This document shows positions 29,448 to 39,625 of a stretch of DNA of 64,000 bases, piece after piece (position 1 is the stretch's first letter; the number at the start of each line of letters is the position of its first letter). The stretch comes from a virus, in the IMG/VR virus record IMGVR_UViG_3300032516_000011, positions 39,724-103,723 of that record, one strand, 5' to 3'. Under the pieces are notes generated by a model. The model saw nothing but the letters and a program-made list of their open reading frames with translations, searched no databases and had not been told where the DNA came from. The position numbers were made by a program, and so were the translations under genes.

Positions 29448-32400
29448 ATGGTAAATAAACTCGATCCAGGCTTACAGTCCAAGAATATTCAACAAGCTAT
29501 AGTTGAAACCATTTCTGCACAATTTCCAATAAAAGGCCACTATCAAACTTTGGAACTTATAAAGCCACTAATTATTTCTGATGAATTAGATGATCAAGAT
29601 TTTCCTGGGCAACGAGAGGCTAAATTAAGCGGACGATCTTGGCAAGTACCTGTTTATGGAACCTTTCGTCTTATAGATAATAAAACTGGAAACATCATTG
29701 ATCAGATTAAGGATATTAAAGTTGCTAATATACCAAAACTTACCGATCGATTTTCCATGCTAATCGATGGCAACGAATACACCACCATGAACCAATTTCG
29801 TTTAAAGCCGGGTATCTATACTCGAAAAAAAGCAAATGATGAAATGGAATCACAATTTAATTTAGCGGTGGGGTATAATTTTAAAATGATGATGGACCCT
29901 GCAGACGGTCTTTTTTATCTGTATATCGGCAATCAAAAATTTCATCTTTATACACTTCTTCATGCTTTTGGTGTCCCAGAAAATGAAATGGCTAAAATGT
30001 GGGGCAATGAAATTTTCAATAGAAATAAGTCCTCTGGTATTAATGAGGAGGGCAAAGAAATTCCATTGATGTGGGAAAAACTAAAAAGACAGAAACTTCC
30101 GTATGAGGAAGCACTGAATGCTTTAAAAGAATATTTTGACAAAACACGTATTAATATTGATACCACCGAACTTACTATTGGTAAGGGAGTAGATAGAGTA
30201 ACTTCAGAGGCACTTCTTTTAACATCCAGCAAACTATTAAAAGTATTACGTGGGGAAGAGCCCGAAGATGAGCGTGATAGTTTAGTATTTAAAAATCTAT
30301 TCACAGTAGATGATTTGGTCAAGCAACATATTGCAAAACGTGCTCCAAACATTCAAAAAAATTTATTGGCTCGTACCGATCACAAACAATCTATAAGAGA
30401 AATTATCTCCCCCGATACCTATACCAAAGATATCAAATCATTTTTTACCCAGGGCGATCTTAGTAATCCTTCTCCTCAAACTAACCCCGTTGAAATGCTG
30501 GGTGAATGGAGAAAAACTACTATTATGGGTACTGGTGGAATCCAAAGCCCACACGCCATAACATTTAAAACACGCGATATCCATCCCACACATTTAGGTT
30601 TTCTTGATCCACTTAATACTCCCGAAAGTGGAAAAGTAGGAGTTACCCTTCCATTAGCTATGCACGTCGAAAAACACGGAGATGAAATTAAAACTCCAAT
30701 AGTTACTCCGACTGGTAAAGATAGCTATGTGACACCTATAGAATTTTACCGTATGAAAATTGGATTTCCAGATCAACATGTAGATGGCAAAGCTAAGGGA
30801 GCCACAGTCAAAGCTATGTATCGTGGGCAATCGGTGGTACTTCCTGCTAAAGATATTGATGGATATATTCAAGATCCTACCAGCATGTTTGCATGGACTA
30901 CCAACCTTGTTCCATTTTTAGGCAACAATTCCGGCAACAGGGCTTTGGTAGCGGCAAAAATGGTTACACAAAGTGTAGCATTAAAATCGCCAGAAACCCC
31001 ATTAGTAAAAGTTGTTGGGCAAACAGGAGAAACTCTTGATTCCATATTAGGAAAATTTTTAAAGCCTAAGGTTCCAGAAGGATTTGGAACCGCCACCGTA
31101 ATGAAAATAGAAGGTGATTATGTACATTTACGCAATGACAAGGGTGAGCAAACTAAGGTTGGTTTATATAAAGATTTTCCATTAAATCAAGAATCCTTTA
31201 TTAATTCCAAGCTATTGGTAGATATTGGACAAAAAGTAAAAGAAGGTGAACCCTTAGCAGATACTAATTTTTCTGATGCCAGCGGTAATTTTGCACCTGG
31301 AATAAACGTTAATGTTGCGTATATGCCGTGGCATGGATACAATTACGAAGATGGTATAGTTGTAACGGATGCTCTGGCGAAAAAATTCACGTCGACCGTG
31401 TTGTTAAAGAAAAGTTTGCAGGTTAGTAAAGATAGCATTTTAGATGCAAAAAAGTTTGTTTCATACTACCCCAAAGCATTGACCATACAAAATATTGAAA
31501 AATTAAATGATCTGGGTGTTATTAAGGAAGGTATACACGTAGAGCCCGGAGAAACTTTAATTGCACATTTAAGTAAAATGGATCTTACAGATACTGAGAA
31601 GATTCTAAAGAATATGAATAAAGCTATGTCTAATCCCTATAGAAATCAATCCTTAACTTGGGATGGGGATAATCCTGGAGTTGTTACGCACGTTAGAAAA
31701 GTTGGAAACACTTATCAAATCCATATAAAGGAAGAACAGCCGCTAAAGGTTGGAGATAAATTGGCAGCGCGTTATGGAGACAAGGGTATAATTACAAAAA
31801 TTATTGCCGATAATGAGGCTCCACATACCAAAGACGGTACACGTATCGATATGATGGTAAATATTCATGGTGTTGTAGGACGTATGAATATGGGGCAATT
31901 ACTAGAAGCCGCAGCGGGACGTATAGCACAAAAAACCGGTAAACCCTTTTTAGTAAAGAATTTTTCTGACCATGATTATCTTGGCGAAATTATGAGTGAG
32001 ATGAAAAGTCTAAAAATTGCGCCTAACGAAATATTATTGGACGGTAAAGATGGAAAGCCATTCCAAAAACCTATATTCTGGGGTAACAAGCATTATTTAA
32101 AACTAATGCATGTGGTCGAACATAAATACAATTCGCGCGGATTACCGGGATCCTATGATGCAAATGAACAGCCTATACATGGATCATCAGGAGGACAGTC
32201 GGTTGATCCTCTTCAAATGTATTCTTATTTAGCGCATGGAGCAAGACAAAATTTATATGAATTTACTGCGGTGAAAGGTCAGAAGAATGACGAGTATTGG
32301 CGTGCGCTACAGCTCGGTCTTCCACCTCCTCCACCCCAACGTAATTTTGTATTTGATAAATTCACAAATTATATAAAAGCCGCGGGAGTCAACATTGAAA

Positions 32401-35400
32401 AAAATGGAAATAAATTTAAACTATTTCCAGCGACTTCCGATGATATGCGTAAATGGTCCGCAGGAGAATTGACGGATCCTGGGCATATGTTACGTGGTAA
32501 AGATCTTAGTGAAATTAAGGGTGGATTGTATGATCCAAAATTAACGGGTGGTTTACGTGGTACCAATTGGACGCACTTTACTTTAGAAGAGCCTATCCCT
32601 AATCCATTGTATGAAGGAGCTATAAAATCTATATTGAATCTTAATACGCCACAATTCGATCATATTATAGATGAGGTGGATAAAGAATCTAAAATCAAAG
32701 GTAATCAACGACTTGCTAAAATGTTATCGGATATTGATGTGGATGAAGAGCTGGCAAAAGCTAAAGACTCGCTAAAAACTGCTGGTCCAACACAGGTTAA
32801 TGGAATCAATAAAAGAATTCGTTATCTAAGTATTTTAAAAGAAAAAAACTTGCGTCCAGAAAAAGCGTATATGATGGAAATTATTCCGGTCCTTCCTCCT
32901 ATATATAGGCCTGTATATCCTTTGCCTTCTGGCGATACACAAAACTCTCCAATTAATTATCATTATAGAGATGTGGCGATTTTAAATAAAGCTATTAAAG
33001 ATATAAAAGGTCAAGGACATTTGTTCGATGAGTTTGAACAAAATAAAAAGAATAGGGCTGATTTATACAAGGCTACAAAAGCTCTGATGGGATTAGCTGA
33101 ACCTATAACATTCACTACACGAAAATATGAGGGTTTATTAGGTACTCTTGCCGGCGATTCACCAAAACAGGGTTTCATACAAAATAAAGCTTGGTCGAAA
33201 CGACAAGATTTATCCGCTCGATCTACTATTACTGTTGAACCTTCTTTGGGCATTGATCAGGTCGGGTTGCCCGATATAATGTTAAAGGATTTATTTAAAC
33301 CTTTCATAATGAGAGAACTCGTTCGGCAGGGATATAAACCAACAGAAGCTTTAGAACAAATCAAAACTTGGACGCCTGTAGCAGAACAAGCATTGAATAA
33401 TAGTATTAAGCAAAGGCCCGTACTATTGAATAGAGCTCCGTCATTACATAAACACTCGGTACAAGCATTTTGGCCACAAAGATACGATGGGCACAGTATT
33501 CGAGTAAGCCCCTTATCGGCCAAAGGATTCAACTTTGATTTTGATGGAGATACAATGTCGGTTCATGTACCAGTATCAGAAAAAGCAGTGGAAGAAGCTA
33601 AGGGTATGTTACCAACTAAAAATTTATATAAGGCTGGGGATAGATCACAAATGATTAATATAGAACAAGATTATCAGCTTGGGCTATATTATTTATCCAA
33701 AATAACCGGCGATAGTGGTAAACACTTCTCTTCAATAAATAAGGCCACTAAAGAAATAAAAGATCGAACTACTAGCTTTACATTAGATGGTAAAACAATG
33801 ACCTTGGGGCAATGGGCAATAAATGAGCCCCTTCCTTCGGAACTCCGAGATTATACTAGAACCATGGATTCAAAAATAGTAAAAGAATTAATTGAAATAT
33901 TATTTCAAAAGTATCCAGGATACTTAGGAACTGTGATAGATGCTTGGAAAGAATTAGGCCGTGTATATGCGGTAGAACGTGGAAGTACTATATCTATAAC
34001 AGATATGGTCATAGATAGAAAATATCGTGATATTATTCTAAAGAAAGCTGAGAATAAGATAAAGCCCGGCATGGATAAATACGAGATCGCCAATATATAT
34101 GAAGACGCAAAAAAAGAAATGGAAGATGCTCAGGACCATAATCTTAAAGGAAAAAATAATTTCTATGATATGTTACAAGCAGGAAGTACATCAAAGAAAG
34201 GACAAGTAACACAAATCCTATCAATGCCCGGCATTGTTCAAGATGTACATGGAATTCCCATTCCGCATCCGATAAAGAAATCATATTCAGAAGGCCTAGA
34301 CACCTTTGATTATTGGAATCAATCATATGGTGCTCGTAAGGGTGTGGTAGATAGATCTGTTAATACACAGGATTCGGGGGCACTGAATAAAGAATTATTA
34401 TTTACTACTAAAAGTTTGCTTATTACGGAAGAAGATTGTGGTACCCCAGATGGTATAATTATGTCTACAAATTCAAAGGAAGTGATGGATCGGTTCTTAT
34501 CACAAGACGTTCCAGGAGTAGGCCATCGCAATGATCTTATAACTAATGAACGTGTGTTGAAGGCTAAAGTAAAGAAAATTGAAAGTTTACCTGTACGTTC
34601 TTCTCTAACATGTGAAGCGGATAATGGAGTATGTCAAAAATGCTACGGCCTTATGGCAAATGGACAATTGGCACGTATAGGAGAAAATGTAGGTGTTATC
34701 GATTCAGAAGCCCTTACCGAACGGTCCACACAGTTGACAATGCAAACATTCCATACTGGAGGCGCCGGTAAAGGTTCTTCAGTTACTTTAGGGTTTCCGC
34801 GATTAGAGGAATTGTTATATGTACCACAAAAAATTCGAGATGCAGGAGTTTTATCAAAAGAGGTAGGAATCGTAACTAATATTTCAGATAACCCTGCTGG
34901 CGGTAAAAATCTGTATATAGGACAAAATAATTACTATATCCCGCGTGAGCGTACATTATTAGTTTCAGTCGGATCCAAAGTTAATCGTGGAGATAGATTG
35001 ACAGATGGTTCTATAAAACCTCAGGAACTATCTGAATTAAAGGGACATTTAGCAGCACAAGAATATGTTGCTGATGAGATTAATAATATCTATGAAAATA
35101 AATTTGCTAGAAAAACATTTGAAACAGTATTACGTGGAGTTGCAAATAATGCAGAAATTACAAATGTTCCAGACGAGGTGGAAGACCAAGTTCATTTTAT
35201 GCGTGGAGATACTGTACCAATTACGCGCGTTAAAAGGCTTAACAGAGAATTCCAAGCAGAGGGGAAACCTTCAATTGAATATAAGCCTTTTTTCAAGTCA
35301 TTGTCAGTACTGCCGTTACATAATGAAGATTGGCTTAGTCGTTTAAGCACTAATCGATTACGACAAACTATACAAGAAGCTTCGGCAATGGGCATGGAAA

Positions 35401-35492
35401 GTGATACAAAAGGAACGGATCCAATGTCCTCCTATCTTTATGGCTTGGACTTTGGTCAAGAAACAGACCCAAAGAAAAAGAAATTCTATTAA
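29448..35492 (+). CDS. DNA-directed RNA polymerase, fused beta and beta' subunits
   Basis: beta motifs TPESGKVG, GYNYEDG, GDKLAARYGDKG, RMNMGQ; beta' motifs LLNRAPSLH, FDFDGD, GARKG, TQLTMQTFHTGG, GFPRLEEL. Confidence 0.95.
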   Translation: MVNKLDPGLQSKNIQQAIVETISAQFPIKGHYQTLELIKPLIISDELDDQDFPGQREAKLSGRSWQVPVYGTFRLIDNKTGNIIDQIKDIKVANIPKLTDRFSMLIDGNEYTTMNQFRLKPGIYTRKKANDEMESQFNLAVGYNFKMMMDPADGLFYLYIGNQKFHLYTLLHAFGVPENEMAKMWGNEIFNRNKSSGINEEGKEIPLMWEKLKRQKLPYEEALNALKEYFDKTRINIDTTELTIGKGVDRVTSEALLLTSSKLLKVLRGEEPEDERDSLVFKNLFTVDDLVKQHIAKRAPNIQKNLLARTDHKQSIREIISPDTYTKDIKSFFTQGDLSNPSPQTNPVEMLGEWRKTTIMGTGGIQSPHAITFKTRDIHPTHLGFLDPLNTPESGKVGVTLPLAMHVEKHGDEIKTPIVTPTGKDSYVTPIEFYRMKIGFPDQHVDGKAKGATVKAMYRGQSVVLPAKDIDGYIQDPTSMFAWTTNLVPFLGNNSGNRALVAAKMVTQSVALKSPETPLVKVVGQTGETLDSILGKFLKPKVPEGFGTATVMKIEGDYVHLRNDKGEQTKVGLYKDFPLNQESFINSKLLVDIGQKVKEGEPLADTNFSDASGNFAPGINVNVAYMPWHGYNYEDGIVVTDALAKKFTSTVLLKKSLQVSKDSILDAKKFVSYYPKALTIQNIEKLNDLGVIKEGIHVEPGETLIAHLSKMDLTDTEKILKNMNKAMSNPYRNQSLTWDGDNPGVVTHVRKVGNTYQIHIKEEQPLKVGDKLAARYGDKGIITKIIADNEAPHTKDGTRIDMMVNIHGVVGRMNMGQLLEAAAGRIAQKTGKPFLVKNFSDHDYLGEIMSEMKSLKIAPNEILLDGKDGKPFQKPIFWGNKHYLKLMHVVEHKYNSRGLPGSYDANEQPIHGSSGGQSVDPLQMYSYLAHGARQNLYEFTAVKGQKNDEYWRALQLGLPPPPPQRNFVFDKFTNYIKAAGVNIEKNGNKFKLFPATSDDMRKWSAGELTDPGHMLRGKDLSEIKGGLYDPKLTGGLRGTNWTHFTLEEPIPNPLYEGAIKSILNLNTPQFDHIIDEVDKESKIKGNQRLAKMLSDIDVDEELAKAKDSLKTAGPTQVNGINKRIRYLSILKEKNLRPEKAYMMEIIPVLPPIYRPVYPLPSGDTQNSPINYHYRDVAILNKAIKDIKGQGHLFDEFEQNKKNRADLYKATKALMGLAEPITFTTRKYEGLLGTLAGDSPKQGFIQNKAWSKRQDLSARSTITVEPSLGIDQVGLPDIMLKDLFKPFIMRELVRQGYKPTEALEQIKTWTPVAEQALNNSIKQRPVLLNRAPSLHKHSVQAFWPQRYDGHSIRVSPLSAKGFNFDFDGDTMSVHVPVSEKAVEEAKGMLPTKNLYKAGDRSQMINIEQDYQLGLYYLSKITGDSGKHFSSINKATKEIKDRTTSFTLDGKTMTLGQWAINEPLPSELRDYTRTMDSKIVKELIEILFQKYPGYLGTVIDAWKELGRVYAVERGSTISITDMVIDRKYRDIILKKAENKIKPGMDKYEIANIYEDAKKEMEDAQDHNLKGKNNFYDMLQAGSTSKKGQVTQILSMPGIVQDVHGIPIPHPIKKSYSEGLDTFDYWNQSYGARKGVVDRSVNTQDSGALNKELLFTTKSLLITEEDCGTPDGIIMSTNSKEVMDRFLSQDVPGVGHRNDLITNERVLKAKVKKIESLPVRSSLTCEADNGVCQKCYGLMANGQLARIGENVGVIDSEALTERSTQLTMQTFHTGGAGKGSSVTLGFPRLEELLYVPQKIRDAGVLSKEVGIVTNISDNPAGGKNLYIGQNNYYIPRERTLLVSVGSKVNRGDRLTDGSIKPQELSELKGHLAAQEYVADEINNIYENKFARKTFETVLRGVANNAEITNVPDEVEDQVHFMRGDTVPITRVKRLNREFQAEGKPSIEYKPFFKSLSVLPLHNEDWLSRLSTNRLRQTIQEASAMGMESDTKGTDPMSSYLYGLDFGQETDPKKKKFY

Positions 35493-35499
35493 GGTAAAA

Positions 35500-35530
35500 A
35501 AATAAAGGGGGAAATTATTTCCCCCTTCTT
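35500..35530. terminator. bidirectional terminator
   Basis: AAGGGGGAAAT/ATTTCCCCCTT hairpin between convergent genes. Confidence 0.7.
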
Positions 35531-35531
35531 G

Positions 35532-35921
35532 TTAATTTACTGGTTCGCCCATACCAAAAGAATTTGCCCACAAGCGCTCACCCCCACCAAAAGACATTTC
35601 AAAACAACCCATGTGTACACGCCTCATCAGGGCAGATAATTCCCAACCATAGATTAGTACTAAATGTTTAATATGGCGCATAGCATCTATGCTAGTGCGA
35701 CCAACATTAATATCTTCTATGGTAACAGTAAAAAAATCTTCTGCTGAGGCGTTATTTGAGATTGTAGCAAATGCTTCTAGATCGGGATTAGTTATCAAGA
35801 TCTGTCCATATGCTGGAGATAGCGTAAATACCTCTCCATAAGGTGATCGATTATACATTCCTGTAGGCTGTTTAGTAAAATCTAGCAAATAAATCATTCG
35901 CCAAGCTTTACTGCACCCCAA
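35532..35921 (-). CDS. hypothetical protein
   Basis: ORF; start uncertain (probably 35897). Confidence 0.5.
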   Translation of the reverse strand: MGCSKAWRMIYLLDFTKQPTGMYNRSPYGEVFTLSPAYGQILITNPDLEAFATISNNASAEDFFTVTIEDINVGRTSIDAMRHIKHLVLIYGWELSALMRRVHMGCFEMSFGGGERLWANSFGMGEPVN

Positions 35922-36859
35922 ATAGTTTCAAATGAGAGGGCGGTGCCTTTTTTAGGTCCAATGGTCTGAACCTTAAGGTTTTTCCAACTTGCATCCCCAT
36001 CCATTTTACGCTCCTGAATGTTTAAATCTTTGACATTAGGATATGGATAAAAATCGAGTTGCGAATTATATAGATTTGAGTTTACAACAATAACATAATG
36101 TTTTACTGAGTTGTAAACTTTCTTCATCAATATAATTCTGACAGTTTTTGGATTTGTTTGAAAATACATTTGTGCTACAAGATCATCGCTTCCATACCTA
36201 TCGGACTCTATAAGAATCAATGCGGATAATTCGTTATGAAAAATGACGTCATATTTTAGACTGGGGAAAATACGCTCCACAGGCTGCATTTCATCGACAG
36301 TTGTATGCCAAAAATCATTTTGTTCCACTATATAGTTCCAACACGATTCGGTTCGGGGTTTCCCTGGAAGATCTTTAAATGGATAAGGGAATTGATTAAC
36401 AAAGTTATTCAACAATCTTGGCCGTTGTTGCTTTGTAAACGTATATTTATCTGAAATCCATTCTGACAATTCTGACAATATTGCCGATAACTTTGTGCCA
36501 GAATTAAGAAGTACCTGTCGAGTTTCGCTTTCTAACAAACACACTGCTAAAGAATCGTCTGGAGTAATATCGTAGATAGGACGAAATAATTTCTTTGGTT
36601 CCCATTGTGGGTTATGTGTGATGAATGAATACGCTTGACTTCCAATCGATACTAAACTTGCGCGTTCTTCTGGTTTATGTAGTCGTTGCACACCGAACGT
36701 GGCGGATTTGAGGGTGGGATAAAATCTAAATTGTGGAAACCCATCTTTAGTTAGGGTCCCAGCATTGGTAATATTCAGTCCGATGATAGCAGTATTAGGC
36801 TCGACTGGGACTGTCATAAGTTCACTATTTTCTTTAGCATTGAGAAATACAACTTCCAT
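35894..36859 (-). CDS. hypothetical protein
   Basis: 321 aa with AGGAG RBS. Confidence 0.65.
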   Translation of the reverse strand: MEVVFLNAKENSELMTVPVEPNTAIIGLNITNAGTLTKDGFPQFRFYPTLKSATFGVQRLHKPEERASLVSIGSQAYSFITHNPQWEPKKLFRPIYDITPDDSLAVCLLESETRQVLLNSGTKLSAILSELSEWISDKYTFTKQQRPRLLNNFVNQFPYPFKDLPGKPRTESCWNYIVEQNDFWHTTVDEMQPVERIFPSLKYDVIFHNELSALILIESDRYGSDDLVAQMYFQTNPKTVRIILMKKVYNSVKHYVIVVNSNLYNSQLDFYPYPNVKDLNIQERKMDGDASWKNLKVQTIGPKKGTALSFETIWGAVKLGE

Positions 36860-36915
36860 TGTGAAAGCTCCTTTTAAAAATTATTATAAGTTGGCGGAAT
36901 TTCTTCCGCCACTAT

Positions 36916-39084
36916 TTATTTCGTTACTACTTCAACCTTGTTCTCATTCACACATACTTCAAAATTCTTTGCTTCTGGGATATCCAAAAGAAGATCTGAC
37001 ATACGTGTTTCTACCTCTTTTTCAAGAAGTCGGCGCATTGGTCGAGCACCATACTCCTGAGAATAGCCCTTCTCAAGGAACCAATCTTCGGCTTCTGGTG
37101 TAAAGGTTACCGTGAATCTTTCGTTGATATCATTAACCATAAGACGCATAATTTTTCGCATATCGTCTTTAGTTAATTTATTAAATGTAACGATTTCATC
37201 CAGACGGTTAAGAAATTCTGGTTTGAAAAAACTCTTCAGTGCGGCTTTGAGATTCTTTTTCATATCTTGATCCGCAGTAGTGTCTTCAAATCCAAGTGTT
37301 CTTTTACCGACTGTTTCGACACCGATGTTTGATGTAATAATGATAATGGTATTACGAAAACTAACCGTACGTCCTTGTGCGTCCGTTAATACCCCATCAT
37401 CAAAGATTTGCAAAAGTACATTGAATACATCTGGATGTGCCTTCTCAATCTCATCAAATAGAACCACTGAATAAGGTTTTTTACGTACTTTTTCAGTTAA
37501 TTTACCACCACTGTCCTCGTATCCTACATATCCAGGAGGTGATCCAATAAGCGAGGATATTGTGAACTTATCAAAAAATTCACTCATATCCAATCGTATC
37601 ATGGATTGCTCGGAATCAAATAGATACTTAGCCAATTGTCTGGCTGTTTCGGTCTTCCCGACGCCAGTAGGACCGATAAATAAAAATGTACTCGGACGTT
37701 TATCACTTTTAACACCCGTTCGTTTTCTCTTAATTGATGTAGCTATGGCTGTAATGGCTTCCGACTGCCCAACAACATTGGTTTCAAGGTCCTGTGCAAT
37801 GTGTTTGAGCTTATCCCGTTCCGATTGATTGAGATTGGTAATTGGAACGCCCGTGGTTTTGGATACGACTTTCCTAATGATGCCGTCATCCACGGATGTA
37901 GCACCGGATAACTTTGCCACCGCGGCAGCCTCATCAAGAACATCGATCGCCTTATCCGGGAGAAAGCGGTCTTGAATATATCGTTCAGTAAGTTCGATGA
38001 TAATAGGTATTGCAACATTTGGTATCTTTACTCCATGATAAAGTTCATAGACATATTTAATTTGATGCAGAATTTGTGTAGTTTCTTCAAGTGTAGGTTG
38101 CTCGACCATTAACTTCTGAAATCTACGTTCTAATGCCCCATCTTTTTCAATATGTTTTCGAAATTCATTGGCCGTCGTTGCTCCAATACATCGAATATAT
38201 CCACGTGACAATGCTGGTTTTATGATGTTTGCAGCGTCACCCGTTCCCTCAGATCCGCCCGTTCCCATAAGTGAATGCATCTCATCGATGAAAATAATTA
38301 TATCGGGATTCTTCTGTAACTCTTTAATAATCATTTGCATTCTTTGTTCAAATTGCCCGCGATATTGCGTGCCGGCAATAATTGAATTAAGATCAAGAGA
38401 AAGTATTCGCTTATTTACTAATGAGCGTGGCACATTGCCTGAAGCAATACGCATCGCAAGCCCTTCAACAATGGCAGTTTTTCCTACTCCTGACTCACCG
38501 ATCAACGCTGGATTATTCTTTTTCCGGCGTGCTAGGATTTCAATTAGTCGCGTAATTTCGGAATCACGTCCAATGACGGGATCTAACTTATTCTCCTGAG
38601 CAAGAATCGTCAGATCCATCGAAAAAGCATTCAGTGCAGGAGTATTTGAAGAGCCTGTACGATCACTAAACACTTTTTTCTTTGCCTCTCCTGGCTCTGT
38701 ATACCCAGTTTCAGTTAGCATTTTTGATGCTACACTGTCGTGTGTACGATAAAGGGCATGTACCAAAGTTTCAGCAGAAATTGTTCCGTTCAAAGATACA
38801 AACTTTGCAAAATTTAAAACGTAGTGCATTGCATGAGATATCTTTGGAATAGGATTGGTTAATGCCACATCTCGTTGTGTAATACGGAATCTGTCAGACA
38901 GTAGCGTGCGTAATTTTCCAATGTTTGTACCATTTTTATTTAATAACATTACGCCGTCATTATTTTCATGCTCGACGATAGCATATAATAGTATTTCGGT
39001 TGAAATATTATCTTGATTTAATTCTGTAGCTTTTTTTCGAGCAGTTGTAAATATCTCTTCAACTTGCTGAGAATACTGACTCAT
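36916..39084 (-). CDS. clpC: Clp ATPase, ClpA/ClpC-like (two AAA modules)
   Basis: LDPVIGR, GESGVGKT, IDEMH, GPTGVGKT, FDEIEKAHPDV, GARPMRR. Confidence 0.9.
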   Translation of the reverse strand: MSQYSQQVEEIFTTARKKATELNQDNISTEILLYAIVEHENNDGVMLLNKNGTNIGKLRTLLSDRFRITQRDVALTNPIPKISHAMHYVLNFAKFVSLNGTISAETLVHALYRTHDSVASKMLTETGYTEPGEAKKKVFSDRTGSSNTPALNAFSMDLTILAQENKLDPVIGRDSEITRLIEILARRKKNNPALIGESGVGKTAIVEGLAMRIASGNVPRSLVNKRILSLDLNSIIAGTQYRGQFEQRMQMIIKELQKNPDIIIFIDEMHSLMGTGGSEGTGDAANIIKPALSRGYIRCIGATTANEFRKHIEKDGALERRFQKLMVEQPTLEETTQILHQIKYVYELYHGVKIPNVAIPIIIELTERYIQDRFLPDKAIDVLDEAAAVAKLSGATSVDDGIIRKVVSKTTGVPITNLNQSERDKLKHIAQDLETNVVGQSEAITAIATSIKRKRTGVKSDKRPSTFLFIGPTGVGKTETARQLAKYLFDSEQSMIRLDMSEFFDKFTISSLIGSPPGYVGYEDSGGKLTEKVRKKPYSVVLFDEIEKAHPDVFNVLLQIFDDGVLTDAQGRTVSFRNTIIIITSNIGVETVGKRTLGFEDTTADQDMKKNLKAALKSFFKPEFLNRLDEIVTFNKLTKDDMRKIMRLMVNDINERFTVTFTPEAEDWFLEKGYSQEYGARPMRRLLEKEVETRMSDLLLDIPEAKNFEVCVNENKVEVVTK

Positions 39085-39123
39085 AGTACTCCTTTTATTT
39101 TATTATGATTATATACTTGGAAA

Positions 39124-39318
39124 GGAATTCTTAGTTAGGACTAAAGCTTCCTCACTTCAACCCCATTGCTCAGGTCTGGCCGATTAGGTCCATTTATTAT
39201 ATAAATAATTCCCTGTCAAAAGTCGTAACGACTTTATATAGCACTATGACCTTAGGTGCTGTATTTGTGCCCAAGATCCATAGTTAGCACCCACCTTTAG
39301 TAGTAATCCAAGAATTCC
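39124..39318 (-). ncRNA. candidate structured ncRNA (about 195 nt, ends paired)
   Basis: GGAATTCTT/AAGAATTCC and ACTAAAG/CTTTAGT terminal pairing across an ORF-free gap; strand assumed from context. Confidence 0.35.
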
Positions 39319-39324
39319 CTATTA

Positions 39325-39609
39325 TTAATTTGATATGTTTGCGTCGTCGAATGTCTCTCCAGGAGCAATTCCTTGCATTTCAGGAGAATTTTCAGCCGCC
39401 TTCATTTCCGCTGCGATAAATTCATTTAAAGACTGTCCAATTTTTCCTTCCGGATCTTTACTGATAATAAGTGTACAAATATCATCAACAAGTTCTGGAG
39501 GAATCAATGGTGGGCATAAAATGACTGGGGTAGCTTCCATGGCCTGTCCCTGATCGCCCCAAGCAACCATTCGTATATCGCCATCGGTTATAACAAAATA
39601 TTGGTCCAT
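39325..39609 (-). CDS. hypothetical acidic protein
   Basis: 94-aa ORF in the minus-strand block. Confidence 0.5.
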   Translation of the reverse strand: MDQYFVITDGDIRMVAWGDQGQAMEATPVILCPPLIPPELVDDICTLIISKDPEGKIGQSLNEFIAAEMKAAENSPEMQGIAPGETFDDANISN

Positions 39610-39625
39610 AAAAATATGGGCACCT

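Noticed and set aside
29960-35395. Antisense ORFs within the RNAP and other long genes
   Set aside because: Shadow ORFs with no recognisable motifs or RBS, opposite well-supported genes.
39220-39229. 16S rRNA-like AAGTCGTAAC
   Set aside because: Only 10 nt and part of a local hairpin (AAAGTCG-TAA-CGACTTT); no rRNA context.
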